Notes: a model not told the origin generated them from the sequence alone. 64,000 bases of DNA from Candidatus Polarisedimenticolaceae bacterium (GCA_036275915.1 DASUCV010000004.1:201238-265237), one strand, 5' to 3'; shown: positions 1 to 8,961, counted from the first letter of the stretch. Program-made: numbers and translations.

Positions 1-2
1 AC

Positions 3-305
3 CCCGCGTTCGTCGAGTCATTCACCTGGACCGCCGACCGCTACCCCGGCCGCATGCTGGCGCTCGCCGCCATCGAGGACGGCCCCTTCCGTGAAGACCT
101 GCTCATGGTCATGCGGCGGAGGCTCGCGGTCGCGCGCGCCATGCCGCTCGTCATCGAGTATCTGGCCCGAGCCCGCGCCGGACGCTCCGACGCGGCAGCG
201 GTCCTTCAGTCGATCGAGCAGCAGCGCCACGACCTCTTGATCGTCCCCGACGCGCACGACGTCCTCGACGTCTTCCTGCGCTCCGCCCGCATCCCCATCC
301 GTTGA
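3..305 (+). CDS. 3' end of a gene starting upstream of the window; hypothetical protein
   Basis: Frame is open from position 3 (PAFVESFTWTADRYPGRMLALAAIEDGPF...) to TGA at 303-305. Sits directly upstream of the MFS gene. No family recognised. Confidence 0.45.
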   Translation, partial: PAFVESFTWTADRYPGRMLALAAIEDGPFREDLLMVMRRRLAVARAMPLVIEYLARARAGRSDAAAVLQSIEQQRHDLLIVPDAHDVLDVFLRSARIPIR

Positions 306-312
306 GGTGCCG

Positions 313-1611
313 ATGAATCCCGCGACACGAACCTACCGCCTCGTCATCCTCGCGCTCGCGAGCTTCATGATGTTCGGGAACTACTTCGCCTATGACAGCG
401 TGTCGGCCATCGAGACCTCGCTCATCAAGGGACTCGGCGCGGACCGCGCGTCGATCGGGTCGATGTACAGCTGGTACAGCTTCGCCGCGATCGCGGCCGT
501 CCTCGTCGGCGGCATCCTCATCGACAAGATCGGGACGCGCATGGCGAGCTTGCTCTTCTCGGTGCTCCTCACGGCCGGGGCCGTCGTCGTCGCGATCGCG
601 CCGTCGGTCGGTTGGATGCAGTTCGGCCGCCTCCTCTTCGGTGCCGGCGCCGAGCCGCTCGCCGTCGCGCAGAGCGCGATCCTCGCACGATGGTTCAAGG
701 GGAAGGAGCTCGCGCTCTCGTTCGGCGTCGCCCTCACCGTGAGCCGCCTCGGCACCCTGTTCACCTTCAACACGGAGGCGCTCATCGCCGACCGCAGCGG
801 CTGGCGCGCGGCGCTCTGGGTCGCCGCGATCCTCTGCTTCATCAGCCTGCTCGCCAACCTCCTCTACAACGTACTCGACAAGAAGGCCGAGCCCGTCCTC
901 GGTCTCGGCGAGTCGGGCGCCGACGAGATCAACTGGTCGCAGCTCAAGAAGGGTGCCTTCCCGCCGTCGTTCTGGTACGTCACGCTCCTCTGCGTGACCT
1001 TCTACTCCGCGATCTTCCCCTTCACCGCGCTCGCGCCCGACTTCTTCCACAGCAAGTGGAACATCCCGCAGGCGAGCGGCGAAGGGCTCGGCTTCCTCTC
1101 CGGCATCTTCTACAACTTCACGCACATGTTCTCGACCGCGCAGGGCGTGACCTCGATCATCATCACCGCATCGATGATCTTCGCGCCGTTCGCCGGCCGC
1201 CTCGTCGACCGTATCGGAAAGCGCGCCAGCCTGATGATCCTCGGTTCGCTCCTCATGATCCCCGCGCACCTCGCGATGGGCATGACGATGATCAACCCTG
1301 TGCTTCCGATGATCGTCCTCGGCGCCGCCTTCGTCCTCGTCCCCGCCGCGATGTGGCCGGCCGTCCCGCTCGTCGTCGAGAAGGAGCGCGTCGGCACCGC
1401 GTTCGGCATCATGACCGCCGTCCAGAACATCGGCCTCCTCGCCTTCCCCTACTTGAACGGCACGCTCGTCGACAACACGAAGAGCTACACCGCCAGCCAG
1501 ACGATGTTCTCGTGCCTGGGGATCGCGGGATTGATCTTCGCAGTGCTCTTACTTGCCGCCGACAGAAAGGCGGGGAATGTGCTGGAGAGTCCGACGCCGC
1601 AGGAGGGTTGA
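313..1611 (+). CDS. MFS transporter
   Basis: About 430 aa and hydrophobic throughout, with roughly 12 predicted TM segments (LVILALASFMMFGNYFAYD..., ...LIFAVLLLAADRK). GAGG at 304-307 precedes ATG 313; GTG 307 is an alternative start. Confidence 0.85.
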   Translation: MNPATRTYRLVILALASFMMFGNYFAYDSVSAIETSLIKGLGADRASIGSMYSWYSFAAIAAVLVGGILIDKIGTRMASLLFSVLLTAGAVVVAIAPSVGWMQFGRLLFGAGAEPLAVAQSAILARWFKGKELALSFGVALTVSRLGTLFTFNTEALIADRSGWRAALWVAAILCFISLLANLLYNVLDKKAEPVLGLGESGADEINWSQLKKGAFPPSFWYVTLLCVTFYSAIFPFTALAPDFFHSKWNIPQASGEGLGFLSGIFYNFTHMFSTAQGVTSIIITASMIFAPFAGRLVDRIGKRASLMILGSLLMIPAHLAMGMTMINPVLPMIVLGAAFVLVPAAMWPAVPLVVEKERVGTAFGIMTAVQNIGLLAFPYLNGTLVDNTKSYTASQTMFSCLGIAGLIFAVLLLAADRKAGNVLESPTPQEG

Positions 1612-1635
1612 CAGCCGACTGTCAACCGTCGACGG

Positions 1636-2682
1636 TCAGGCAACGATCCTGTCGATGAGGGGAAAGACAATCGCGGCGGCGAGAGGCCTCATGACGAGCG
1701 TTGCGGGTACGGGAAGCAGGGATGCTCCGAGCAGGGCGATCCCCGACCAGCGTGAGGCTCCGCGAGGCAACACCAGTACGGATAGTCCCGCTCCCAACGT
1801 CGCCAAGAATGGAATCAGCGTCAGGAATACCGGGACGAACATCTTGTCCACCATCGCTTCATTCGCGAAGTAGTCTGCCCCCACCCAAGTAACAATCATC
1901 GTTCCTTCGAGGATCGCGAAGGCAACGACGAGATCGATGGCCATTCGAGGCCAGCGCATCAACAGACGCGGCGCGCCGATCGCTCCAACGGCCATCGAAG
2001 CGACGAAGGCGACCCAGAGAGATGTCTCAGCCGCGCCATGGGAATGGCGCTTCGATGGTCCGCCCGCTGGGTCGTCGTCTGACCGCAACTCATCGAACAG
2101 ACGGAGCGAGTGCTGAATCGACCTGATCTCGGGCTCCGCAGCAGAAAAATCCACAGCAAGCGTTCCGCAGTGGGAAACAAAGACGACGCTCGAATACGGC
2201 ACGACGAGCGTCGACATCTCGACCGGCATGCTGATGCCCTTGTACGAAGTATTTGCGGTGTAGAGGACGTGATTGGCCGGGTGGCCCGCTACGGAAACGC
2301 TTTCGGTACTGAGGATCTGAGCGCCGCCGGTGTTCGGATCGTCGTTCAGGTACTCGATCATCGATTCAGGTGAGAAATCACCACGGAACAGCTCTTCGGG
2401 TTTCCGTTTGCGGTACTCGGGATCCGAGATCACCTGCCACATGCAGCTGACGGGCATGCCTCCTTGCGCTCGCCCTTGGACGCTCGCACGCATCAGCGGA
2501 CGTGGCGGCTGCGCTTCCCACGACGCCGGAACGACGACAGAGAAGCCCCGCATTTTGAACCACACCCGCTGCGATCCCTCGTCGAGCGGCTGAAGCCACA
2601 CACCCTCGACCTTGCGGACGCACCCTTGCGCAGCGATCACGAGACACAGATTCGCGACCGCGAGGAGCACGCACCTGCGCAT
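1636..2682 (-). CDS. Hypothetical lipoprotein with a C-terminal multi-TM domain
   Basis: ATG at 2680-2682 gives MRRCVLLAVANLCLVIAAQGC, a lipobox-like signal. A soluble domain follows, then about 4 hydrophobic helices. The long N-terminal extension of ORF 1636..3264 is Arg/Pro-rich junk overlapping the next gene. The region is visibly more AT-rich than its flanks. Confidence 0.7.
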   Translation of the reverse strand: MRRCVLLAVANLCLVIAAQGCVRKVEGVWLQPLDEGSQRVWFKMRGFSVVVPASWEAQPPRPLMRASVQGRAQGGMPVSCMWQVISDPEYRKRKPEELFRGDFSPESMIEYLNDDPNTGGAQILSTESVSVAGHPANHVLYTANTSYKGISMPVEMSTLVVPYSSVVFVSHCGTLAVDFSAAEPEIRSIQHSLRLFDELRSDDDPAGGPSKRHSHGAAETSLWVAFVASMAVGAIGAPRLLMRWPRMAIDLVVAFAILEGTMIVTWVGADYFANEAMVDKMFVPVFLTLIPFLATLGAGLSVLVLPRGASRWSGIALLGASLLPVPATLVMRPLAAAIVFPLIDRIVA

Positions 2683-2687
2683 GCGAG

Positions 2688-3863
2688 CTAGCCCGCCGCC
2701 TTCCGCTCGGCGCTCATCTCCCCGGCCCCTTCTTCCGACGAAGGAAGGAGCGCACGGAACATCGCGCCGCCGCCGGGGGCGTCGTCGACCCAGATGGTGC
2801 CGCCGTGCGCCTCGACGGCGAGACGGCAGAACGTGAGGCCGAGACCGCGATTGGCGCCGGGGACGGTCTTGCGGCTCTCGAGGCGCTGGAACTTCTCGAA
2901 GATGCGCTCGCGGAATTCCGGCGGGACGCCGCGGCCCTGGTCGGCGACGGCGATCTCGACCCCTTCGTCGCACGGGATGACCTTGACGCTGATCTTGCCG
3001 TCGGTGGGCGAGTGCTCGATCGCGTTCGAGAGGAGGTTGTCGATGACGCGGCGCAGGATCGCGGCATCGCCGCGGATCGTCCCCTCTTCGCCGCCGACGG
3101 CGATGTCGAAGCTCACCTTGCGGTGAGTGGACGCATGCTCCATCTCCTGGCATGCCTTCTTGACGAGCGTGCGCGCGTCGACCGATTCGAGGTTGAGGTG
3201 GAGCTTGCCTTCCTCGAGCTGTCCGACGTCGAGGAGGTTCAGGATCATCTGGTGCATGCGCCACGCGGCGGCCTTCGAGCGCACGACGAGGTGGAGCGCG
3301 GGCTCGCCGACCTTGCGTTCCATCAACTCGAGGTTGCCGAGCACCGCGGCGAGCGGGTTCTTGAGGTCGTGGACGAGGGTCTGGGTGAGCGTCTCCTTGA
3401 GCGCTTCGAGCTCCTCGAGCTTCGCGTTCCGCGCGGCGAGCGTGGCGCGGGCTTCCTCGAGCTCCGCCATCAGGCGGCGCGCGCGCAGGAGCGAGCGAAC
3501 CTTCGCCATGAACTCCTCGCGGCGCACGGGCTTGGCGACGTAGTCGTCGGCGCCCGTGTCGAGGCCTTCGACCTTGTGCGGCGTGCCGTCCAAGGCCGTC
3601 ACGAGGACGACCTGGGCGAGGCGCGTGCGCGGGTCGGCCTTCAGGCGCCGGCAGACTTCGAGGCCGGAGAGGTCGGGCATCATCACGTCCAGGAGAACCA
3701 GGTCGGGAGGACGCTCGGCCGCCATCCTGAGCGCGCTCTCGCCGTCGGGGGCGAGACGGACCTCGTAGCCGGCGCTGACGAGGTACTCCTCGAGCAGGCG
3801 ACGGTTCCTGGGGTCGTCGTCGACGACGAGGACGTCGTGCGTCTTGGTCGCTGTGGCGTTCAT
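2688..3863 (-). CDS. Response-regulator receiver / histidine kinase hybrid (REC-HisKA-HATPase)
   Basis: Starts MNATATKTHDVLVVDDDPRN. Receiver motif LVLLDVMMPDLSG, H-box VHDLKNPL and G-box NRGLGLTF are present. ATG confirmed at 3861-3863. The rest of ORF 2688..5876 is the wrong frame over the upstream gene. Confidence 0.9.
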   Translation of the reverse strand: MNATATKTHDVLVVDDDPRNRRLLEEYLVSAGYEVRLAPDGESALRMAAERPPDLVLLDVMMPDLSGLEVCRRLKADPRTRLAQVVLVTALDGTPHKVEGLDTGADDYVAKPVRREEFMAKVRSLLRARRLMAELEEARATLAARNAKLEELEALKETLTQTLVHDLKNPLAAVLGNLELMERKVGEPALHLVVRSKAAAWRMHQMILNLLDVGQLEEGKLHLNLESVDARTLVKKACQEMEHASTHRKVSFDIAVGGEEGTIRGDAAILRRVIDNLLSNAIEHSPTDGKISVKVIPCDEGVEIAVADQGRGVPPEFRERIFEKFQRLESRKTVPGANRGLGLTFCRLAVEAHGGTIWVDDAPGGGAMFRALLPSSEEGAGEMSAERKAAG

Positions 3864-5917
3864 GCGGCTCCTTCCCATGGGGCCAGGTAAGACCGGACCT
3901 GCTGCGGGAACCGGGAGAGGCGGATCGGCTTCGCGATGTAGCCCGCGCATCCCGCTTCGCGCGCGCGCGCCTCGTCGGCGTCCTGCGCGTGCGCCGAGAG
4001 GGCGACGACCGGGATCTCGCGCGTCTGCGGGTCGGCCTTCAGGCGGCGCGTCGCCTCCATGCCGTCGAGGCCGGGAAGCTGGAGGTCCATCAAGATCAGG
4101 TGCGGGCGCTCGCGGCGCGCCAGCTCGATCCCCTCTTCGCCGGTGTCGGCCTCGAGGACGCGATAGCCGCGCGCCCTCAGGACGTTCCGCGCGAGCTTGC
4201 GGTTCACGGGGTTGTCCTCGACGACGAGGACGGTGAGGCCGCGCGCGTCCTGCGGCTCGGGTGCGGAAGCGGCGGCGTGGGCGGCCGGGGCGTTCATCGC
4301 CTGCGCCGGCCGCCCCGTCGTCTTCGCGCCGGGGAAGACGCACTGGAAGCACGATCCCTTGCCGACGCGCGACGTCACCGTCACGGCGCCGCTGTGGAGC
4401 GACATCATGCGGCGCACGAGAGCGAGGCCGAGGCCGGTCCCCTGGTACTTGCGTGAGTACGACCCGTCGACCTGGTAGAACTCGTGGAAGATCTTCTCCT
4501 GGTCTTCCTCGGGGATCCCGATGCCGGAGTCGGTGACGGTGACGACGAGGTCGTCGCCCTCGAACCGCGCCGCGGCTTCGACGTTGCCGTCGTCGGGAGT
4601 GAACTTCACGGCGTTGCTGAGAAGGTTGACGAGCACCTGCCGCACGAGGCGCGGATCGACGCGCGCCATGACGTCGTTCTCGCAGCGCATCTCGAGCTGC
4701 AGGCGCTTCTTCCCCGCCTGCGGTCGCAGCATCGAGAGCGAATCGCGGAGAAGCTCGACGATCGGGACGTCCTCGCGGTGCACCTCGAGCTTGCCGGCCT
4801 CGATCTTCGAGAGGTCGAGGATGTCGTTGATGAGCGCGAGGAGATGCTCGCCGCTGTCGCGGATGTCGGAGAGGAACTCGAGCTGGCGCGGGTTCAGCTC
4901 GCCGAAGTTCGGATCGGTCATGAGCTCGGAGAAGCCGATGACCGAGTTCAGGGGCGTTCGCAGCTCGTGGCTGACGTTGGCGAGGAACTCGCTCTTCGCG
5001 TTGCTCGCATCGGTCAGGGCGCGGTTCGCGTCCTGGAGCATGCGGTTCGCCGCCTCGAGCCCCTGGAGAGCGGTCGCCAGCTCGTGAGTGCGGAGGACGA
5101 CCTTCTGCTCGAGCTCGGCGTTCAGCGCCTCGATCTCGGCGACGCGCCGCTCGTGTTCCTGGAGCGCCTCCTGGTGCGCCTTGTAGAAGCCGAGGAGGAG
5201 CCAGCACGGCGGGATCGCGAGCGCGACGACCCAGGTGCCCCACGCCTGGAGCGCCGCCATCATCGCGGCGGCCAAGGTGAGTCCGGTGAAGTAGGCGACC
5301 GCGGTCCACTCGAAGCTCTCGCGCCAGACCTCGAACATCGGCATGCGCTGCTGGAGCGCGACGGCGATCGTGACGAGCCCCGTGTTGACGAGGAAGTACG
5401 CCGCCGTCGCCGCGACGAGCGGGAGGAGGCTCGGCCAGAACGTCCCGCCGATCTGACCGCCGGTGACCAGGTACGACCACGCCGCCGCGGCCGAGGCGCA
5501 GACGACCGCGCCGAGGTTGAACGCGGTGCGATCGATCTTGAGCTTCCGCCCGGGCCTGAGGAGAACACCGGTGAGACCGACGACCGCGACGACCATCGCG
5601 GCGAGCGGCCCGAGGGCGGCGACGGCGAGGAGGACGAACGGGTGGGTCGCGGTCAGCTCGGTCTTGAAGCGTGCGAAGCGGACCGGCCGCGCGCCCGCGA
5701 GCGCGGCGAGCGCCGCGAGGAGCGCGAACGTCTGGCCCGAGCCGCCCCATCCGCGCGCGATCCCGGCGGCGATCGCGGTCAAGGCTGCCGCGTCCACCGT
5801 CACGATGAACGGCACGAGCAAGCGCGAGCGGTTCTCGTCGGACCCCGTGGACACCTTCGTCGACCCCACGTCGCATGACCTGCGCCTTCGGTGCCGCGTC
5901 CGGAACCGAACTCGCAA
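3860..5917 (-). CDS. Membrane-bound hybrid sensor histidine kinase (multi-TM sensor, HisKA, HATPase, C-terminal REC)
   Basis: H-box SHELRTPLNSV, G2 box GTGLGLALV, receiver LILMDLQLPGLDG and an N-terminal hydrophobic multi-TM region. Its stop overlaps the downstream start by 4 nt (3860-3863). The exact start is uncertain: TTG at 5917, with in-frame GTGs downstream. Confidence 0.85.
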   Translation of the reverse strand: MRVRFRTRHRRRRSCDVGSTKVSTGSDENRSRLLVPFIVTVDAAALTAIAAGIARGWGGSGQTFALLAALAALAGARPVRFARFKTELTATHPFVLLAVAALGPLAAMVVAVVGLTGVLLRPGRKLKIDRTAFNLGAVVCASAAAAWSYLVTGGQIGGTFWPSLLPLVAATAAYFLVNTGLVTIAVALQQRMPMFEVWRESFEWTAVAYFTGLTLAAAMMAALQAWGTWVVALAIPPCWLLLGFYKAHQEALQEHERRVAEIEALNAELEQKVVLRTHELATALQGLEAANRMLQDANRALTDASNAKSEFLANVSHELRTPLNSVIGFSELMTDPNFGELNPRQLEFLSDIRDSGEHLLALINDILDLSKIEAGKLEVHREDVPIVELLRDSLSMLRPQAGKKRLQLEMRCENDVMARVDPRLVRQVLVNLLSNAVKFTPDDGNVEAAARFEGDDLVVTVTDSGIGIPEEDQEKIFHEFYQVDGSYSRKYQGTGLGLALVRRMMSLHSGAVTVTSRVGKGSCFQCVFPGAKTTGRPAQAMNAPAAHAAASAPEPQDARGLTVLVVEDNPVNRKLARNVLRARGYRVLEADTGEEGIELARRERPHLILMDLQLPGLDGMEATRRLKADPQTREIPVVALSAHAQDADEARAREAGCAGYIAKPIRLSRFPQQVRSYLAPWEGAA

Positions 5918-6047
5918 GTGCCCTCGCGAATATCGTTCTCGGTTCGGGGCGAAACCATTACGGAAACGTGAAGCGCGTGACGTGGCGCGTCGTTACGAAG
6001 CCGTCATGAGCTGAGGGAAAAGTCGGAAGTCGCCGTCGACGTCTTCT

Positions 6048-6125
6048 TGGCGTCCCCAGCGGGATTCGAACCCGCGTCGCCACCTTGAAAGGGTGGTGTC
6101 CTAGGCCAGACTAGACGATGGGGAC
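6048..6125 (-). tRNA. tRNA-Glu(UUC): tRNA-Glu (anticodon UUC), CCA encoded
   Basis: The reverse complement reads GTCCCCATCGTCTAGTCTGG...CCACC-CTTTCAA-GGTGG...GGTTCGAATCCCGCTGGGGACGCCA. The acceptor stem pairs 7/7 and the T-loop is GTTCGAATC. Confidence 0.9.
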
Positions 6126-6229
6126 CGAGACGGACGCCGGAGTGTAGCGGACGGCGGAAAGAGCTTCAACGGCCACGTCATTGGCTCGCCGCACGGATCG
6201 GCCTATGTTTCCGTTCGGAGGAGATCACC

Positions 6230-6667
6230 ATGGCCGGCTCACGCATGCGCACGCTCGTCCTCGGCTCCGCTTTCGCCGCGCTCGCCGCGACCTCGGCGGT
6301 GCTGGCGGACACCCAGCCCCTCGCGCTCTCCGGGACGTACCAGGTCGAGAGGCCGCACGTCCGCTCGTCGACCGTCTCGATGACGTTCAAGGCGACGATC
6401 ACGAACAGCGGCGGCCAGGACGTCAAGGGTCCCGTCGTCCTCAGGCACCCCAACGTCATCCAGAAGGTGTGGCACCGGTTCGGCGAGCAGACGATCCCGG
6501 CCGGCAAGAACGTGACGGTGAGCGGCGTCGTCGAGGTCCCGCGCAAGGAGTACGACGAGTGGGCGACCGGGAGCCCGTCGCTCTTCTTCTACTCGCAGAA
6601 CGATCGCGGCGACATCAAGACGTTCCGCATCCCGCTGAGCGCCGTCCCCGCTCCCAAGACCAAGTAG
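6230..6667 (+). CDS. Secreted hypothetical protein
   Basis: GGAGGAG RBS before ATG 6230. Sec-type signal MAGSRMRTLVLGSAFAALAATSAVLA. No family recognised. Confidence 0.7.
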   Translation: MAGSRMRTLVLGSAFAALAATSAVLADTQPLALSGTYQVERPHVRSSTVSMTFKATITNSGGQDVKGPVVLRHPNVIQKVWHRFGEQTIPAGKNVTVSGVVEVPRKEYDEWATGSPSLFFYSQNDRGDIKTFRIPLSAVPAPKTK

Positions 6668-6671
6668 CTGC

Positions 6672-7109
6672 TTGGCCGTCGCGATCGAGCACGTCCAGGA
6701 CGTCGCCGCCTGGATCCGCGGAGAGGTACCGGCGTGGGCGTTCGGCGTGCGTTACACCGCGGCGCACAGCCTGAGGACCGCCGTCGGCGACCCGTACGGG
6801 CAGCCCTTCGAGTACTCGCCGCGCTACGCCGGCATGCGCCTCATGCGCGCGATCGAGGACGGCCGCGCGGTCGGCTTCGCCCTCTACGAGCGCAGCGAGG
6901 AGCTGGCGAAGCGTCACCTCCACCACATCGCCCGCGACCCCGGCTGCAAGGGACGCAGGATCAACGCCGCCCTCTTCCGGGCGGTCCTGGACGCGATGCG
7001 CGAGCGGCCGATCCTCCCGTGGCCGATCACCCAGGACGGCCGCCTGGCGCTGATCCGCTGGGAATCGCTCGACGACGAAGCCGGCGAGTGGCAGTACTGG
7101 GAGGCGTGA
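6672..7109 (+). CDS. Hypothetical protein, possibly GNAT-like fold
   Basis: TTG start 4 nt after the previous stop. CKGRRINAALFRAVL resembles the GNAT Q/RxxGxG/A-plus-helix motif. Ends ...GEWQYWEA, resembling the tail of the 8512 gene. The assignment is weak. Confidence 0.55.
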   Translation: MAVAIEHVQDVAAWIRGEVPAWAFGVRYTAAHSLRTAVGDPYGQPFEYSPRYAGMRLMRAIEDGRAVGFALYERSEELAKRHLHHIARDPGCKGRRINAALFRAVLDAMRERPILPWPITQDGRLALIRWESLDDEAGEWQYWEA

Positions 7110-7113
7110 TCGG

Positions 7114-7584
7114 TCAGGAGCGCCGCACGGCGGCGAGCGCCGCCACCAGCTTCCCGTTGCAGTCGCGCCCGTCGAACGTCCCCGTGAGCTGCGTGAAGGC
7201 GTCGTTCACGCGGCCGTCCGGCGTGTCGAACGAGCCCGAGTGGCACGGCAAGGTCTCGGTCGTCGTCATGACGAACCCGTTCCCCGCCTGCGCCCCCTGA
7301 ATCGTCCCCGCGATGCCGTTCGAGAGCGTGAGCGTGCCCGAGAGCGCGTTCGTGTCGGTGTCGGCGACGAGCACGATCGTCCCCGTCAGCTTCGTGCCCT
7401 TCGGAAGCGCGTTCCCGCCGGTCACCGTCAGCGTCGCGTCCCACGTCCCCGATAGACTCGTAGGGCCGCCCGGTCCGGACGGCGGCGGCGACGACGAGGA
7501 CGAATCGGTCGGCGCCGACACGTTCGTGCATGCGGCCAAGAGGGCGAGCAGGGCCGAAAGGGCGAAGGCCTTGGACGGGGTCAT
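7114..7584 (-). CDS. Lipoprotein, hypothetical
   Basis: MTPSKAFALSALLALLAAC lipobox followed by a Ser/Pro-rich linker. ATG at 7582-7584. Confidence 0.7.
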   Translation of the reverse strand: MTPSKAFALSALLALLAACTNVSAPTDSSSSSPPPSGPGGPTSLSGTWDATLTVTGGNALPKGTKLTGTIVLVADTDTNALSGTLTLSNGIAGTIQGAQAGNGFVMTTTETLPCHSGSFDTPDGRVNDAFTQLTGTFDGRDCNGKLVAALAAVRRS

Positions 7585-7624
7585 CGAGACAGAGCCTACC
7601 CCGCCGCGTCGTGTAAGGCGACAC

Positions 7625-7639
7625 TTGACGATTCGTCAA
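7625..7639. promoter_or_regulatory. Perfect 7-1-7 palindrome TTGACGA-T-TCGTCAA upstream of the TA pair; candidate operator overlapping a -35-like TTGACG
   Basis: Read directly from the sequence. Lies 20 nt upstream of the GTG at 7659. A TAACCT -10-like hexamer sits 16 nt downstream of the TTGACG. Confidence 0.4.
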
Positions 7640-7658
7640 TCGGGTGTAACCTCCGTCC

Positions 7659-7964
7659 GTGGAGGAGCCGTACGATCACGAGACCGCCCGGCGGATCGTC
7701 CGGCGCATCCTCGGCGAGAGGGGCATGACGACGTTCGGCAGCGCCGCGAAGGAAGCGATGATGCGCGAGGACCTGACGAGCGCCGACGTCGTCAACGTCC
7801 TCCGCGGCGGCGCCGTCCGTAGCCTCGAGGTCGAGCACGGTATCCAGCGCTACCGGAGCCGCACGAAGACCATGTCGGTCGACTTCGCGTTCCGCGGCCC
7901 CGAATCGGGCCGGGGCGAGCCCGACGAGGTCGTCATCGTCGGCGCTAGGAGGCACGGCTCATGA
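7659..7964 (+). CDS. DUF4258-like putative toxin
   Basis: The core FGSAAKEAMMREDLTSADVVNVLRGGAV...VDFAF...VVIVGA resembles the DUF4258 pattern (f-s-hA-keRm-eR-i-...-V--vl--G). Overlaps the MqsA-like gene by 4 nt. An alternative start is ATG 7725, preceded by GAGGGG. Confidence 0.7.
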   Translation: MEEPYDHETARRIVRRILGERGMTTFGSAAKEAMMREDLTSADVVNVLRGGAVRSLEVEHGIQRYRSRTKTMSVDFAFRGPESGRGEPDEVVIVGARRHGS

Positions 7965-8449
7965 CCTGCGTGGAATGCGGCGGCACCCTTCGTCCCGCCG
8001 GGACGACCCATCCTTACGTCGAGTCCGGCCTCCCCCACGTCGTCCTGCGGGGCGTCGAGGTCCGCAAGTGCGCGCGCTGCGGCCACGTCGAGGTGGCGAT
8101 CCCCAACATCACCGGCCTCCACGCCTCCCTCGCGCGCGCCATCGTCGCTCGCCCGTCGGCGCTGAGCCGCGAGGAGTTCCGCTTCCTCCGCCAGTACCTC
8201 GGCCACTCCTCCCGCGACTTCGCGAAGATGCTCGGCGTCACGGCGGAGACGATGTCGCGCTGGCAGAGCGGGAAGCACGAGATCCCCCGCACCGCCGATC
8301 TCCTCGTGCGCCTCCTCGTCACACGCACGCAGCCGCGCATGGACTACACCGACGAGCTGCTCACCAAGATGAAGCCGCGGCCTGCCAAGCCCCCCAAGCT
8401 CGCCCTCCGCCTCAAGGGAAATGCTTGGGAGCCGGTCCGAGCGGCGTAA
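7961..8449 (+). CDS. MqsA/YgiT-type antitoxin (N-terminal zinc ribbon plus HTH-XRE)
   Basis: Zinc ribbon CVECGG...CARCGH. HTH segment SREEFRFLRQYLGHSSRDFAKMLGVTAETMSRWQSGKHEIPRTADLLVRLL is typical of the MqsA family. Confidence 0.85.
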   Translation: MTCVECGGTLRPAGTTHPYVESGLPHVVLRGVEVRKCARCGHVEVAIPNITGLHASLARAIVARPSALSREEFRFLRQYLGHSSRDFAKMLGVTAETMSRWQSGKHEIPRTADLLVRLLVTRTQPRMDYTDELLTKMKPRPAKPPKLALRLKGNAWEPVRAA

Positions 8450-8511
8450 TGCGCTGTTGACTCGGGGCCGCCGCCTTTGGCATAAAGCCGCGCGTTGACC
8501 TAGGGGGTCGG

Positions 8512-8955
8512 ATGGCGACGACGATTGCACCGCTTGCGGACGTCCCCGGCTGGCTCGCGACCGATCCTCCCGGCTGGGCCGCCGACGCCCATCGCGAGAC
8601 GCTCCAGGTCTGGCAAGGCTCGAGCGACGACGGCAAGACCCGCATCCGCGGCGTGCTCGCCCTGAACGAGGAGGGCGACACGATCGGCGTGGCCACGTGC
8701 ACGGACCCGCTCAACGGAACGGGCGAGCGCCCGCGCCTCATCTTCGTCCAGCGCGACAAGGACCACTCGTACCGCGGCACCGGCTACGCGCTCTTCCGCG
8801 CGCTCACCCTGTCCGTGCGCGGCCGCCCCATCGCCGCCGTACCCTTCGGCCACGAAGGCGCCCCCGCGATGCGCGGCTGGGGCTTCACCGAGAAAGACGG
8901 CGCGTGGGAATACCACGAGCCGCCGAACGATGACGCCGTACCGCCGGGGGTTTGA
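8512..8955 (+). CDS. Hypothetical protein, possibly GNAT-like fold (resembles the 6672 gene)
   Basis: AGGGGG RBS before ATG. YRGTGYALFRAL motif. The tail WGFTEKDGAWEYHEP resembles the tail of the 6672 product. Confidence 0.55.
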   Translation: MATTIAPLADVPGWLATDPPGWAADAHRETLQVWQGSSDDGKTRIRGVLALNEEGDTIGVATCTDPLNGTGERPRLIFVQRDKDHSYRGTGYALFRALTLSVRGRPIAAVPFGHEGAPAMRGWGFTEKDGAWEYHEPPNDDAVPPGV

Positions 8956-8961
8956 GGCGGA

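Noticed and set aside
151-1269. Long antisense or alternate-frame ORFs with Arg/Pro/Gly/Ala-rich translations. Examples: 151..1269-, 612..1658+, 2805..3890+, 4484..5878+, 19115..22834+, 19467..21995-, 41000..45157+, 47380..50301+, 47756..50602-, 53210..54115-, 59952..62009+.
   Set aside because: These are typical shadow ORFs of high-GC DNA. They have low-complexity composition, no recognisable motifs, and each fully overlaps a frame with clear family signatures.
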